DNA of 64,000 nt from an uncultured Clostridia bacterium. Its GTDB lineage: Bacteria > Bacillota > Clostridia > Christensenellales > UBA1242. The stretch is from NCBI GenBank assembly GCA_944384405.1, contig CALWTH010000054.1, positions 2,277-66,276 of the forward strand. The letters run 5' to 3'. Positions 34,053 through 45,369 of this stretch are shown here, piece by piece. Each line of letters starts with the position of its first letter. Within the stretch, counting starts at the first letter, position 1. Under the pieces are notes generated by a model. That model was not told where the DNA came from and ran no database searches. It was given only the letters and a program-made list of their open reading frames with translations. The position numbers and the translations under genes are program-made.

Positions 34053-34730
34053 ATGCTTAGCACAAATAAATTTAAAAAAAGACATATGCCAATAAAACTT
34101 AAAATTGGCATATGTGTTTGTGTGCTTTTTATTATTATTTTATGTGTATTTTTATACCTTAACTATGTTGTCAATCCTGTAATTATTGAACTTTCAACTG
34201 CACAGACACGATCACTATCCCAAAAGGCAGTTGAAGAAGCAGTTTATCAGACAATAAATTCAGGATTTATATATGACGATTTAATAACCATTACTCATGA
34301 TGAGAATGGCGACGTTATGTACATAAGCACAAATTCACTGCAAATAAACTTGCTTGCAAGAGACCTCGTCAAAAATGCTCAAATAGAATTGGAGACAATG
34401 GGAAATAATGGGATTGATATTCCAATCGGCACTTTTACAGGTATGCCAATTTTTGTTGGAAGGGGCCCAGAGATAAATATAAAACTACTTCCAATCGGAA
34501 GCATACATTGCAAATTTAGTTCAGAATTTATTGAAGCAGGAATAAATCAAACAAATCACAAAATATATTTAACAGTGACAACAAATGTTTCTGTCATATT
34601 GCCAACGGCAAATCAAACTGTTCAAACAACAACTCAAATAATGATAGCTGAAAGCATAATTGTGGGTAAAATACCTGATACATACTTAAATTCGTCATCA
34701 ATTGATGATATGCTGAACTTAGTGCCTTAA
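34053..34730 (+). CDS. yunB: Sporulation protein YunB-like
   Basis: N-terminal TM followed by a YunB-type pattern (TRSLSQKAVEEAVYQ...INIKLLPIGS...); assignment from memory. Confidence 0.5.
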   Translation: MLSTNKFKKRHMPIKLKIGICVCVLFIIILCVFLYLNYVVNPVIIELSTAQTRSLSQKAVEEAVYQTINSGFIYDDLITITHDENGDVMYISTNSLQINLLARDLVKNAQIELETMGNNGIDIPIGTFTGMPIFVGRGPEINIKLLPIGSIHCKFSSEFIEAGINQTNHKIYLTVTTNVSVILPTANQTVQTTTQIMIAESIIVGKIPDTYLNSSSIDDMLNLVP

Positions 34731-35603
34731 AAGAGTTTCAAAATCTTGCGGATAGGGCACAGATAAATTGACAATTTGCTTCGAAGAATTTTTGAAACTC
34801 ATCTCTTTGCAAACTAGGGCTGTATGAGAAATTAATGGAGTTTTTGTTCCATATATGCTATCACCTAAAAGTGGGTGACCTATTGAAGATAGGTGGACTC
34901 TTATTTGATGAGTTCTTCCGTGGTTTAAAGTGATTTTGACCAAACAATAGCCATTAAAATTTTCAACAACATGAACATTTGTTGTTGCAGGTTTTCCAGA
35001 CGTAGAAGATGTTACTCGTTTATTAACATTATAGCCGTCTTGGTTTATGAGTGTATCAATATTTTTATCAATTACAATATCGCTTTCTATGTTGCCTTCG
35101 CAAAGGGCATAGTAAACTTTTTGAACGGAACCGGGTTTATTGAGAGCGTTAGAAGCCAGACTATTTTTTGCAACAAGGACAATACCTGAAGCTTCTTTAT
35201 CTAATCTATTAATAATTCTAACAACAAAGTTAGGCACATTTTCATACCTTGCAACAAGAGCGCCAGAAAGGTTATATGAAAAATGTGACCTTGAAGGCAT
35301 TGTCGCCAACATACTTGGTTTATTAACGGCAACAACATCATCATCTTCATACACAACATCTAGTGGTATTATGCAAGGACATATCATTGTTCTTGTATTT
35401 GGATTTATGTTAACTGATATAATATCACCGTCTTTTACTATTGCGTCACTGCTAGAGAGAACACCATTTAACTTAATAAAACCGAATTGTTTTCTTAAAT
35501 TTTTTAAGTAATTTTCGCTATATCCATTTTTTCTAAGGTATGAATATATTTTTTGTTTTGTATTGGCGTTTTCAACGACAATATCTTTATATTTTATTTC
35601 CAT
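34719..35603 (-). CDS. RluA-family pseudouridine synthase with S4-like N-terminus
   Basis: NRLDKEASGIVLVAK catalytic Asp motif, HGRTHQIRVHLSSIGHPLLGDSIYG; start at MEIKYK. Confidence 0.8.
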   Translation of the reverse strand: MEIKYKDIVVENANTKQKIYSYLRKNGYSENYLKNLRKQFGFIKLNGVLSSSDAIVKDGDIISVNINPNTRTMICPCIIPLDVVYEDDDVVAVNKPSMLATMPSRSHFSYNLSGALVARYENVPNFVVRIINRLDKEASGIVLVAKNSLASNALNKPGSVQKVYYALCEGNIESDIVIDKNIDTLINQDGYNVNKRVTSSTSGKPATTNVHVVENFNGYCLVKITLNHGRTHQIRVHLSSIGHPLLGDSIYGTKTPLISHTALVCKEMSFKNSSKQIVNLSVPYPQDFETLLRH

Positions 35604-35643
35604 GATTATAATAATACATCTTTGCACAAAAATTGCAAAACAA

Positions 35644-35672
35644 TTGACAAATTTTTTTTGATATGATATCTT
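35644..35672 (+). promoter_or_regulatory. Sigma-A promoter of the pheST leader
   Basis: TTGACA (35644-35649), 17-nt spacer, TG-n-TATCTT extended -10 (35667-35672). Confidence 0.5.
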
Positions 35673-35689
35673 CGTTTTGTTAAAAAGCT

Positions 35690-35915
35690 ATGATGAAAGA
35701 CTAGTAGCATCATAAACGACAAACAGAGATGAAAATTCGTGGCTGAGAGATTTTCTTTGTTAGTGTGTTGTGAATTCACTTTCTAGCTGTCAACTGAAAT
35801 TAATAGTAGGATTGACCGGGAGATCCCGTTACAGATTAATTGAGTGTGCTTTGCATAACTTAGGTGGTACCGTGGCGTTTTGTCACCCTAAGATTAGCAA
35901 GGCTTTTTGTTTTTT
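35690..35915 (+). promoter_or_regulatory. T-box riboswitch leader, Phe specifier (TTC)
   Basis: Conserved T-box AACTTAGGTGGTACCGTGGCG (35857-35877). Specifier-loop-like GAATTCAC with TTC at 35775-35777 followed by A. Terminator helices are followed by TTTTTGTTTTTT (to 35915). Lies upstream of pheS. Confidence 0.8.
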
Positions 35916-35926
35916 AAGGAGAGAAT

Positions 35927-36946
35927 ATGTTAGAACAAATTGATGCACTGCTTAATGAAGCAAAATCAAAAATTAACTCTTGTCAAGATTTGAAAACACT
36001 TAATGATATAAGAGTTGAGTTTTTGGGCAAGCAGGGAAAAGTCACAAACTTGCTTCACACAATGAAAGATATTGATAAAGAACAAAGGCCAAAGTTTGGT
36101 CAGCTCGTCAACTCTGCAAGAAATGAAATTGAAGAATTGCTTAAAAATCTTCAAATATCACTAAACGAAAAAGCTATTGAACAAAAAATGGCGAATGAAA
36201 GAGTGGACATTTCAGAACCTTCAAAAATTGTTGAAAAAGGCGAAATTCATCCTCTTCACAAAGTGTTTGATAAACTTATTGACGCTTGCGTTGCAATGGG
36301 CTTTACTGTGATTACTGGCCCAGAAGTTGAATATGACTATTACAATTTTGAAGCGCTTAATGTTCCAAAAGACCACCCAGCTCGTGACATGCAAGACACT
36401 TTCTTTATAACAGACAATATCCTTATGCGTTCACAAACTTCGTCTGTTCAGGTGAGAGCAATGGAAACAATGAAACCACCTTTTAAAATTGTCAGTCCTG
36501 GAAGGACATATCGTGCCGATAGTGACGCAACTCACAGCCCAGTATTCCATCAATTTGAAGGACTGGTTGTTGACGAAAATGTTTCACTTGTTGATTTGAA
36601 ATCTATGCTTACACAGCTTCTTAAAATGCTTTTTGGTGAAAATACCAAAATAAGGTTCAGACCTTCATATTTTCCTTTCACAGAGCCAAGTGTTGAAGTT
36701 GATGCAACTTGCCCTTCTTGTGGTGGAAAAGGTTGCAGGCTTTGCAAAAACACAGGATTTATGGAACTTTTAGGTGCCGGAATGGTAAATCCAAAAGTGC
36801 TAGAAATGAGTGGTATTGACAGCAATAAATATTCAGGCTTTGCCTTTGGCCCTGGGGTTGACAGGCTTGCAATGGTTGTAAATAAAATTCCTGATCTTAG
36901 AATGATGTTTGAAAACGACATGAAGTTCTTGGAACAGTTAAAGTAG
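35927..36946 (+). CDS. pheS: Phenylalanine--tRNA ligase alpha subunit
   Basis: Class II aaRS motifs HPARDMQDTFF, GRTYRAD, FRPSYFPFTEPS, GAGMVNP. Confidence 0.95.
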   Translation: MLEQIDALLNEAKSKINSCQDLKTLNDIRVEFLGKQGKVTNLLHTMKDIDKEQRPKFGQLVNSARNEIEELLKNLQISLNEKAIEQKMANERVDISEPSKIVEKGEIHPLHKVFDKLIDACVAMGFTVITGPEVEYDYYNFEALNVPKDHPARDMQDTFFITDNILMRSQTSSVQVRAMETMKPPFKIVSPGRTYRADSDATHSPVFHQFEGLVVDENVSLVDLKSMLTQLLKMLFGENTKIRFRPSYFPFTEPSVEVDATCPSCGGKGCRLCKNTGFMELLGAGMVNPKVLEMSGIDSNKYSGFAFGPGVDRLAMVVNKIPDLRMMFENDMKFLEQLK

Positions 36947-36954
36947 GAGAAAAA

Positions 36955-39351
36955 ATGAAAGTTACATTAAAATGGTTGAAAGATTTTATTGATATAGACA
37001 TGACGCCAGAGCAACTAGCAGACAAACTCACAAATTCTGGCAATGAAGTTGAAGAAATTATATACCAAGACAAGTATTTAAAAAACGTTGTCGTTGGTAA
37101 AATTTTGGATATACAAAAACATCCAAATGCTGACAAACTTGTAGTTTGCAAAGTTGATATTGGTGAAATAACGCAAATTGTCACTGCAGCAAAAAATATA
37201 AAAGTAGGGGATAAAGTTCCTGTTTCTCTTCCAGGTGCGAACCTTGCCAATGGAATACACATTGAAAAATCAAAACTTAGAGGCGTTGAGTCGGTAGGAA
37301 TGTTCTGTTCCATTGAAGAACTTGGCGTAACTGATTATGATGGCGAAGTCAATGGAATTATGATTCTTGATGATGACGCAGTTATTGGTGAAAACATCGC
37401 AAAAACACTTCAAATGGACGATGTGATTTTTGATATAAATGTCACAGCAAACAGACCAGACTGTATGAGCGTTATTGGTATTGCACGCGAAATAAGTACA
37501 CTAACAAAAAAGCCATTAAAAAAACAAGATTTATATTATGAAACTTGCAATGATGACGAAGACGTAAAAAAATATATTGATGTTGAAGTTAAAGACGAAA
37601 GATTGTGCCCAAGATATATGGCATGTGCTGTAAAAGATGTTAAGATTGAAAAATCTCCAAAGTGGCTTAGAGCAAGACTTGTTTCTGTTGGTATTAAACC
37701 AATAAACAATATAGTTGATATAACAAACTATGTCTTGGTTGAATATGGTCAACCAATGCACGCTTTCGATTACAATTATCTTGAAGGCAAAAAGATTATA
37801 GTAAGACCTGCAAATAATGGCGAACGTATTTTAACTTTAAATCATAATGAATATGACCTTGACAGCTCCATGCTTTGCGTTTGTGATGGTGTAAAACCAG
37901 TTGTCATCGCAGGAATTATTGGCGGAATGAACAGTTGTGTTGAGCCAACAACAACTACCACAATCTTAGAAAGTGCATGTTTTGACAGGGCAAGTATACG
38001 CAGAACTAGCAGAAAAATAGGTGTAAGAACTGATTCAACTGCAAGATTTGAAAAAGGTGTTGATTGTTCATTGCAACCACTCGGAATGCAAAGAGCACTA
38101 AGCTTAGTTTATAAGTTAAACGCTGGAAAAATTGTAAAAGGTCAAATAGACACAGTTAAACAAATACCACAAGATAAAACTATGACATTCTCTTTAAATA
38201 AGATATATAAATTGCTTGGCGTTGAAATTCCTAAAGATGACGTGCTTGATATTTTAAACAATCTTGGAATAAAATCATCAATAAATGGCGATGACCTTAC
38301 ATGTTTAGTACCTTATTATAGGCAAGACATAGAGTGTTATTCCGACATTGCAGAAGAACTCATTCGTATTTATGGTTACTCTGTTTACGATTCAATAAAC
38401 GCAAAACCACTCAGTGGTACAAGCGTAACAATAGGTAAACATGATGAGATTTTGCACCTTGCAAGGAACCTAAAGCAACAACTTTGCAGTTATGGATTTT
38501 ATGAATGTGTAAACTTTTCTTTGTGCTCATTGGGTGACAGAGATAAACTTTTAATTGATGAGCAAAGTGAGCTGTACAATATGATAAAAATTGCTAATCC
38601 AATAAGTGAAGATATTGGATATCTCAGAACAAGTATGGCAAATTCAATGTTCAATACCGTTGCACGAAATTTATCACGTAAAAATAGTGAGTTTAAACTT
38701 TTTGAAGTTGGTAGGGTATATTTACCAAAAGAGTTGCCACTTACTGAACTTCCAAATGAAATAAATATGCTTTCATTTTGCACAGTTTGCAAGAAAGATG
38801 ACTTCTTTGTTTTAAAAGGTGTTGTTGAAAATTTACTTAGAGATTTTGACTTGAAATACAAGTTAGACTATTCAAAAAAGTGCTTTCTACACTCTGGAAT
38901 CAGTGCTGATATAATTGATTTAAGAACAAATGAAATAATCGGAAGTTTCGGTAAAGTCCATCCAAAAGTTGCAGAAAATTTTGACTTATCAGAAAACACT
39001 TACTACAGTGAAATCAACTTGGATAAATTAGTAAAATACCAAGACAAAAAGCATAGCGTTGAAATGATATCAAAATATCCATATGTTGATAGAGATCTAG
39101 CTATTATTTGTGACGAAGATGTAACAGTAGACAGCATACTTCAAAGTGTTAAAAAATCATGTGGACACCTTTATTATAGTGCAAAGGTGTTTGATATTTA
39201 TCGCGGGAAAGAATTAAATGGCAAAAAGAGTGTAGCTTTCACTTTTAGACTTGAAAGCAAAGAAAAGACGCTTACAGATGAAGAAATAAATCAAGTTGTA
39301 AACAAAATATTAAAAGACCTTAATTTCAGGCTAAAAGCGGTGCTAAGATGA
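36955..39351 (+). CDS. pheT: Phenylalanine--tRNA ligase beta subunit
   Basis: N-terminal tRNA-binding domain (VVGKILDIQKHPNADKLVVCKVDIG), B3/4, B5 and FDX-ACB domains; follows pheS. Confidence 0.95.
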   Translation: MKVTLKWLKDFIDIDMTPEQLADKLTNSGNEVEEIIYQDKYLKNVVVGKILDIQKHPNADKLVVCKVDIGEITQIVTAAKNIKVGDKVPVSLPGANLANGIHIEKSKLRGVESVGMFCSIEELGVTDYDGEVNGIMILDDDAVIGENIAKTLQMDDVIFDINVTANRPDCMSVIGIAREISTLTKKPLKKQDLYYETCNDDEDVKKYIDVEVKDERLCPRYMACAVKDVKIEKSPKWLRARLVSVGIKPINNIVDITNYVLVEYGQPMHAFDYNYLEGKKIIVRPANNGERILTLNHNEYDLDSSMLCVCDGVKPVVIAGIIGGMNSCVEPTTTTTILESACFDRASIRRTSRKIGVRTDSTARFEKGVDCSLQPLGMQRALSLVYKLNAGKIVKGQIDTVKQIPQDKTMTFSLNKIYKLLGVEIPKDDVLDILNNLGIKSSINGDDLTCLVPYYRQDIECYSDIAEELIRIYGYSVYDSINAKPLSGTSVTIGKHDEILHLARNLKQQLCSYGFYECVNFSLCSLGDRDKLLIDEQSELYNMIKIANPISEDIGYLRTSMANSMFNTVARNLSRKNSEFKLFEVGRVYLPKELPLTELPNEINMLSFCTVCKKDDFFVLKGVVENLLRDFDLKYKLDYSKKCFLHSGISADIIDLRTNEIIGSFGKVHPKVAENFDLSENTYYSEINLDKLVKYQDKKHSVEMISKYPYVDRDLAIICDEDVTVDSILQSVKKSCGHLYYSAKVFDIYRGKELNGKKSVAFTFRLESKEKTLTDEEINQVVNKILKDLNFRLKAVLR

Positions 39352-40472
39352 TTTATCTTGACAATGCGTCAACTACGCCAATGTCCAGTAAAGCACTAAA
39401 AACATATGAAAAATATGCTGTAAGTGAGTTTTTTAATCCATCTGCAATTTATGACAAAGCTGTCATTGTCAACCAAAAAATAAATGACACTAAGCAAAAA
39501 ATTAAAAACACTCTTGGTGCTATAGATGGAGATGTTGTGTTTACATCATCAGCAACAGAGGCAAACAATCTTGCGATTTTTGGGTGTTTAAAATCAAATT
39601 TCCGCAAAGTTGTGCTTTCGTCAGCAGAGCATGCCTCTGTTTATAATGTTGGCAAAGTTTTGGAAGCAAAAGGAGTAAAGGTTGAATATTGCCCTTTGAG
39701 CCAGAGCGGAGAAGTGGATTATGAGCAACTTGAAAACATTTTAGATGAAAATACTGACTTAATCTCTATCATTCATGTTAGCAACGAAACAGGTGCAATT
39801 AACGACTTAAAAAGAATAAATGAGTTAAGAAATAAAAAATGCAAACATGCGATATTCCATGCTGATGGGGTTCAAGCTTTTGCAAAAATAAATGTCAATT
39901 TAAGTTACCTTGGCGTTGATATGTATACAATAAGTTCGCACAAGATTAATGGTCCAAAAGGTGTGGCAGCACTATATTTTAAAAAAGGTATTCACTTAAA
40001 GCCTCAGATTTTTGGTGGTGGACAACAGGACAACCTACGATCAGGAACTGAAAATGTACCAGCAATAATGGCTTTTGGTACTGCTATAGACGAAATTGGC
40101 AACATAAAACAAAATTTTGATTATGTAAAACATCTTAGAGAAAGTTTTATTTCAAATCTTGGTGACATTGCAATAAGATTAAATCAATGTCAAAACTATT
40201 CACCATATATTCTAAGTGTATGTTTTCGTGGAGTAAATGGAGAAACACTTGTGCATATGATGGAGCAACATGAGATTTATATGAGCACCGGAAGTGCTTG
40301 TTCAAGTCATAGTAAAGGCAATAGAGTATTAAGTGCTATGTCAATACCTGATAATATTGTAAAAGGTTGTGTCAGAATTAGTTTTTCAAAATTTAACACA
40401 ATAGAAGAAGTAGAGCAAGCTTCAAAAACACTAAAACAATGCTATTTACAACTAATAGATAAATTGAGGTAA
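39348..40472 (+). CDS. Cysteine desulfurase (NifS/IscS class V aminotransferase)
   Basis: IYLDNASTTP, SSHKINGPKG (PLP-binding Lys), SGTENVP, STGSACSS active-site Cys loop; paired with thiI. Confidence 0.85.
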   Translation: MIYLDNASTTPMSSKALKTYEKYAVSEFFNPSAIYDKAVIVNQKINDTKQKIKNTLGAIDGDVVFTSSATEANNLAIFGCLKSNFRKVVLSSAEHASVYNVGKVLEAKGVKVEYCPLSQSGEVDYEQLENILDENTDLISIIHVSNETGAINDLKRINELRNKKCKHAIFHADGVQAFAKINVNLSYLGVDMYTISSHKINGPKGVAALYFKKGIHLKPQIFGGGQQDNLRSGTENVPAIMAFGTAIDEIGNIKQNFDYVKHLRESFISNLGDIAIRLNQCQNYSPYILSVCFRGVNGETLVHMMEQHEIYMSTGSACSSHSKGNRVLSAMSIPDNIVKGCVRISFSKFNTIEEVEQASKTLKQCYLQLIDKLR

Positions 40473-40475
40473 TTT

Positions 40476-41630
40476 ATGAACAATGTTATATTGCTTCGTT
40501 TCGGAGAATTATATTTAAAAGGCAAAAATAGAGGATATTTTGAAAAAACTCTTATTTCAAACATAAAACAAGCGTTAAAAAATATACCTTGCGTTGTCGT
40601 CAAAAGCAGTGGAAGATATTTTGTTAAAGATTATGATATTACAACTGAGCCACAAATAATAAACAAACTCACAAAAGTATTTGGGCTAGTTTCACTTTCA
40701 AAAGCTGTGGAAATTGATAGTGACAAGCAAAAAATTGAAGAGTATATTTCATCTTTAAATCTTGAATCAAATACGTTTAGGGTATCTGTCAATCGTGCAG
40801 ATAAAGATTTTCCGACAAAATCAAACATTTTTGAACAACAACTAGGTGGTATTTTATTAAAAAACAATAAAAATTTAAAAGTTGATTTAAAAAACTACCA
40901 AACAGAAGTTGTTGTCGATATTCGAGAAAATAAAAAGACGTACATTTCAACTGATAAAATAAAATGTCAAGGTGGGATGCCACTTTCAACGGCAGGAAGG
41001 GGACTGCTCCTTCTTAGCGGAGGAATAGATAGTCCAGTAGCAGGTTATATGATTGCAAGGAGAGGACTAAGTTTGTCGGCAGTGCATTTTTATAGTTTTC
41101 CATACACAAGTGAGCAAGCCAAACAAAAAGTTATCACACTTGCACAGAAACTAACAGAATATGTTGGACACATAAGACTTTATATGTGTAAGTTTACACA
41201 CATTCAAGAAGAAATCCATAAACATGCAGCACCTGAATATATGATTACAATCATGCGTAGAATAATGATGAGAATTTCAGCAAAAATATGTAAACAAGAT
41301 AATTTGAAAGCAATAATAACAGGTGAAAATCTTGGTCAAGTTGCAAGTCAAACTGTTGAAAGTATAACAGTTACAAACTTTGCACAAACAGAGTTTCCAA
41401 TTTTTAGACCACTAATCGGTTTTGACAAACAAGATATAACAAAAATTGCAGAAAAAATTGGTACATTCGAAACTTCAATTTTGCCATATGAAGATTGTTG
41501 TACCGTGTTTTTACCAAAAAATCCTATAATAAAACCTAAACTTGAAAAAGTGATTGCTGAAGAAAATAAACTTGATATTGATAATCTTATTGAAGAAGCA
41601 CTAAGCGAAATTGAAATTTTAGAAATTTGA
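40476..41630 (+). CDS. thiI: tRNA 4-thiouridine synthase ThiI
   Basis: N-terminal ferredoxin-like/THUMP region (RFGELYLKGKNR) and PP-loop LLLSGGIDSPVA. Confidence 0.9.
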   Translation: MNNVILLRFGELYLKGKNRGYFEKTLISNIKQALKNIPCVVVKSSGRYFVKDYDITTEPQIINKLTKVFGLVSLSKAVEIDSDKQKIEEYISSLNLESNTFRVSVNRADKDFPTKSNIFEQQLGGILLKNNKNLKVDLKNYQTEVVVDIRENKKTYISTDKIKCQGGMPLSTAGRGLLLLSGGIDSPVAGYMIARRGLSLSAVHFYSFPYTSEQAKQKVITLAQKLTEYVGHIRLYMCKFTHIQEEIHKHAAPEYMITIMRRIMMRISAKICKQDNLKAIITGENLGQVASQTVESITVTNFAQTEFPIFRPLIGFDKQDITKIAEKIGTFETSILPYEDCCTVFLPKNPIIKPKLEKVIAEENKLDIDNLIEEALSEIEILEI

Positions 41631-41638
41631 AATATTGT

Positions 41639-41668
41639 TTGACAACAACGCTTAAAGTAAATTACAAT
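41639..41668 (+). promoter_or_regulatory. Sigma-A promoter of rny
   Basis: TTGACA (41639-41644), 18-nt spacer, TACAAT (41663-41668). Confidence 0.5.
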
Positions 41669-41727
41669 GTTATTGTAGATTAAAATTAGCGATAAATTTA
41701 GTCGAAAATATAGATGAGGTAAATATA

Positions 41728-43320
41728 ATGAACAATTTTATTAGTGCACTATGTGCAGTTAGTACAATTGTTTCTGTTTTTATCGGTATAGGAGCTTTAA
41801 TTGTTGGTGTTGTTGGTGGCTATTTTGCCACATATTTAATCAACACAAAAAAAATGGCAAGAGGCAAACAAAAAGCTGTAAAAATATTGGAAGAAGCTTA
41901 TGCTGAAGCCAAAACGGTAAAAAAAGAAGCAATATTAGAAGCAAAAGAAGAAATTCATAAACAGCGACTTGAATTTGACAAAGAAGTTAAAGACAGAAGA
42001 CTTGAACTTCAACGCACCGAAGATAGACTTTCTCAAAAAGAAGATTTCATTGACAAAAAAGACCTAAATCTCGACAAAAAACAAGAAGATTTGGAAAATC
42101 AAAAGAAAGTTCTTGATGACAAGTTGCTAAAAGTTGATGATGAACTTCAAAAGCAAGAACAGATAAAGAAAGACATGATTGAACAACTTGAAAAAGTTGC
42201 ATCACTAAAACGCGAAGAAGCAAAAGATATTCTTGTTAATTCCATGGTTGAAGAAGCTCGTAAAGACGCTTATAAGCAAGTTAAAACCATTGAAGAAAAT
42301 GCAACAAATGAAGCAGTCAAAAAAGCTCAAAACATAGTAAGTTTAGCTATTCAAAAATGTGCAACAGATGTCACAAGCGATGTAACTGTAACATCTGTCG
42401 CAATACCAAATGATGATATGAAAGGGCGAATTATAGGTCGTGAAGGAAGGAATATACGTGCTATTGAAAATGCAACAGGGGTTGATCTCATTGTTGACGA
42501 CACGCCAGAAGTAATCACTGTTTCATGCTTTGATCCAATAAGGAGAGAAGTAGCAAGACTTGCACTTGAAAAACTTATACTTGATGGTCGAATTCATCCA
42601 ACAAGAATTGAAGAAATTGTTCAAAAAGTTCAAAAAGATGTTGAACAGAGTATAAAAGAAGCAGGCGAAAAAGCAGTTGAAGATGCTGGGATATACAATA
42701 TGCACCCAGAACTTGTAAAAGTGCTTGGCAGACTTAAATATAGGACAAGCTATGGTCAAAATGTCTTGAAGCACAGTCTTGAAACGTGTTATCTTGCCGG
42801 ACTTTTGGCAGAAGAGATTGGTGCTGATGCAAAAATCGCTAGACGTGGTGGACTTCTTCATGATATAGGAAAAGCTCTTGATCATGAAATGGAAGGCACG
42901 CATGTTACAATAGGCGTTGACCTGGCTAAAAAGTATAAAGAATCTCCAGAAGTTATTCACTGTATTGAAGCGCACCATTTTGGCGTTGAATTTCATAGTG
43001 TTGAAGCAATACTTGTGCAAGTAGCTGATGCAATATCAAGTTCAAGACCAGGGGCACGTCGCGAAACTCTTGATGCATATGTTAAACGTCTTGAAAAACT
43101 TGAAGAAATTGCCAACTCATTTAATGGAGTTGAGAAGTCTTATGCAATTCAGGCGGGCAGAGAAGTTAGAATAATAGTAAAACCTGATGCCGTATCTGAT
43201 GCCGATGCAATGTTTTTAGCAAAAGATATTGCAAAGAAAATTGAAGATGAGATGGAATATCCAGGACAAATTAAAGTTAATGTAATTCGTGAAAGTAGAT
43301 TTCAAGAAATTGCAAAATAA
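41728..43320 (+). CDS. rny: Ribonuclease Y
   Basis: N-terminal TM, long coiled coil, KH domain ([15 protein letters not shown]), HD domain (LLHDIGKA...HH). Confidence 0.95.
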   Translation: MNNFISALCAVSTIVSVFIGIGALIVGVVGGYFATYLINTKKMARGKQKAVKILEEAYAEAKTVKKEAILEAKEEIHKQRLEFDKEVKDRRLELQRTEDRLSQKEDFIDKKDLNLDKKQEDLENQKKVLDDKLLKVDDELQKQEQIKKDMIEQLEKVASLKREEAKDILVNSMVEEARKDAYKQVKTIEENATNEAVKKAQNIVSLAIQKCATDVTSDVTVTSVAIPNDDMKGRIIGREGRNIRAIENATGVDLIVDDTPEVITVSCFDPIRREVARLALEKLILDGRIHPTRIEEIVQKVQKDVEQSIKEAGEKAVEDAGIYNMHPELVKVLGRLKYRTSYGQNVLKHSLETCYLAGLLAEEIGADAKIARRGGLLHDIGKALDHEMEGTHVTIGVDLAKKYKESPEVIHCIEAHHFGVEFHSVEAILVQVADAISSSRPGARRETLDAYVKRLEKLEEIANSFNGVEKSYAIQAGREVRIIVKPDAVSDADAMFLAKDIAKKIEDEMEYPGQIKVNVIRESRFQEIAK

Positions 43321-43326
43321 CACAAA

Positions 43327-43358
43327 TAAAAAACGGAAGTTATTTGTTCCGTTTTTTT
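43327..43358. terminator. Bidirectional rho-independent terminator between rny and the PadR-like gene
   Basis: AAAAAACGGAA-GTTATTTG-TTCCGTTTTTTT; overlaps the stop codon of the minus-strand gene. Confidence 0.75.
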
Positions 43359-45297
43359 ATTTACTATTTTTATAATTTATAACTTTTATAATTACATAAT
43401 TGATTAAAGACCACAAAGGATATAGCACTGAAATTACACTAAGATATAAAAGCGTTGTTAAATAACTATACACATTTTCAATGTTTAATCCAGCAAGTAC
43501 ATTAACTGAACACAAAACCAGTATTGTTACAATACACAATGTCAACTGATATATCCAATTATAATTTAGCACATTTGATGTTAGCGTCAATGTTTTCTTT
43601 GCTCTATAATACTTATATATATAAAATACATCAATAGCTACAAACAGTAAAGGTATTAAAATATATAGAAAATTCCATTTTGGCTGTGCTGTTTTTAAAA
43701 TTAAAAACATAACAAGTGATATAACCATTGATAGGCAGGTGAGTATGCTGAAGGATAAGCAGTTTAGCCAGTTTATCTTAACATACCTTTTCATATTAGT
43801 GTTTTTATTGTTAGAGTAAACAGCAAACTTTAAATTGTTGTTTTTATAATATTTTGCTAGATCTTGCAAATTGTTAATTTGTTGCTCTTGGTATTTATAT
43901 TCATTATCAAACTCTTGTTCTTCTTGCTGTGGTTGTTCAATTTCTTGTTTTTGATGTTGTTCTAATACTTCACTTCGATATGTAGTTTGCTCATCTTCTT
44001 TTTCTTTTTTTAATTTTTCATCCAAGAAAGATGTATAGTTCCTTGTAATTTTTTCAAATCTTTCAGAAGTAATTCTTTTAACTTTTGGAATATTGATTTC
44101 TTCTGGTGTCGATGTGATATATACTGCATCATCAACTGTTTTCTTGTCATCGTCATTTTTTATTGCTTCACGATTTGTAACATTCTGATTAAAAGTGGAA
44201 GTTTCACTTATATTGTTTTGCTCTGAATTATTTTGATTTATAGTGTCATCACTATGTTGACTTACAGAAATTTGCTTTTCAACATTTTCTGGATTTAAGT
44301 CAACGAAACTAACATCATCATTGTCAAACTTGGTTGTTTGATAAATTGTTTCTTGATAAGTGGTATCTTGATAAGTGGTATTTATAGATTTATCATCGCT
44401 ACTATCATCACTATGTATAACATCAGTTTTACTAATAGGCGTTTGTATGTCTGTCACTAAATTCGTATTAGTTTCAGTTGATTTATTATCTTCATAAACA
44501 TATTTGTCTTCATCAATATGATTTTTAATTTCAATTTCATCATTTACTTTTGTTTCAACTTCATTATCACGAAGAGCACTAGCAAAACTTTTGTTGTTTT
44601 TTGTTAAATCAAAAAACGCTTTTTTAACATCGGAATTTTGATTAACATTATAACTTTTTGCAACATAGTTTGTTGTGATGTCTTCTTGAACAGGTGAATT
44701 TGAATTTCTTAAACTTGAAAGAATTTCAATTTTATCATTTTTATCAACATTTGCCTGAGAATATTCATCATCTGCTTCTGCACGCAACTTTTTTATTGAA
44801 TCAAAAATTTCATTTGATGGCTCTGAAATAAGAGTAGGAGAGGTGAAAAGGTCATACTGAACAAAAGCTTTATCTTGATTTGGCTTTTGAGTTACTTCCT
44901 CTTTTTTCTCCTGTTTTGTGTTCGCAAGGTCAACAAGGTTTTGTTGCTGAAGAACTGTTGTTTGACTAATAGTAGCAGTATTTGGAATATTTTTTAATGA
45001 TAACAAAAACTCGTTAAGGTCAGATTGCCATTTTTCTGCATATTTTTTACCATAATCAGTAATAGAATAATAGTGACGCCTTCCACCAATTTCGCTATCA
45101 CGCCAATAAGATGTTATGAGCCCTTGTTCTTCCATACGGCGCAAACTGCTATAAAGGGTAGGTTGCTTAATGACAACTTTTCCGTCAGTTTGTTGTTTCA
45201 CAATTTCAATTATTTCATAACCATATTTATCGTTATCAAAAAGAGTAGAAAGTATGATGTTAGACAACTGTCCACGAGGTATTTCTTCTTTCGCCAT
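43357..45297 (-). CDS. Membrane-tethered PadR-family transcriptional regulator with long low-complexity linker
   Basis: N-terminal PadR wHTH (YGYEIIEIVKQQTDGKVVIKQPTLYSSLRRMEEQGLITSYWRDSEIGGRRHYYSITDYG). About 400 aa of Asn/Asp/Gln/Thr-rich linker. Four or five C-terminal TM helices. Start at MAKEEIPRG. Confidence 0.65.
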   Translation of the reverse strand: MAKEEIPRGQLSNIILSTLFDNDKYGYEIIEIVKQQTDGKVVIKQPTLYSSLRRMEEQGLITSYWRDSEIGGRRHYYSITDYGKKYAEKWQSDLNEFLLSLKNIPNTATISQTTVLQQQNLVDLANTKQEKKEEVTQKPNQDKAFVQYDLFTSPTLISEPSNEIFDSIKKLRAEADDEYSQANVDKNDKIEILSSLRNSNSPVQEDITTNYVAKSYNVNQNSDVKKAFFDLTKNNKSFASALRDNEVETKVNDEIEIKNHIDEDKYVYEDNKSTETNTNLVTDIQTPISKTDVIHSDDSSDDKSINTTYQDTTYQETIYQTTKFDNDDVSFVDLNPENVEKQISVSQHSDDTINQNNSEQNNISETSTFNQNVTNREAIKNDDDKKTVDDAVYITSTPEEINIPKVKRITSERFEKITRNYTSFLDEKLKKEKEDEQTTYRSEVLEQHQKQEIEQPQQEEQEFDNEYKYQEQQINNLQDLAKYYKNNNLKFAVYSNNKNTNMKRYVKINWLNCLSFSILTCLSMVISLVMFLILKTAQPKWNFLYILIPLLFVAIDVFYIYKYYRAKKTLTLTSNVLNYNWIYQLTLCIVTILVLCSVNVLAGLNIENVYSYLTTLLYLSVISVLYPLWSLINYVIIKVINYKNSK

Positions 45298-45369
45298 ATA
45301 AATTTCCTTTTCGACATTATTATAACCCTTAATCACTCTCAATGTCAATATTTTAAAGGTATTATGTTT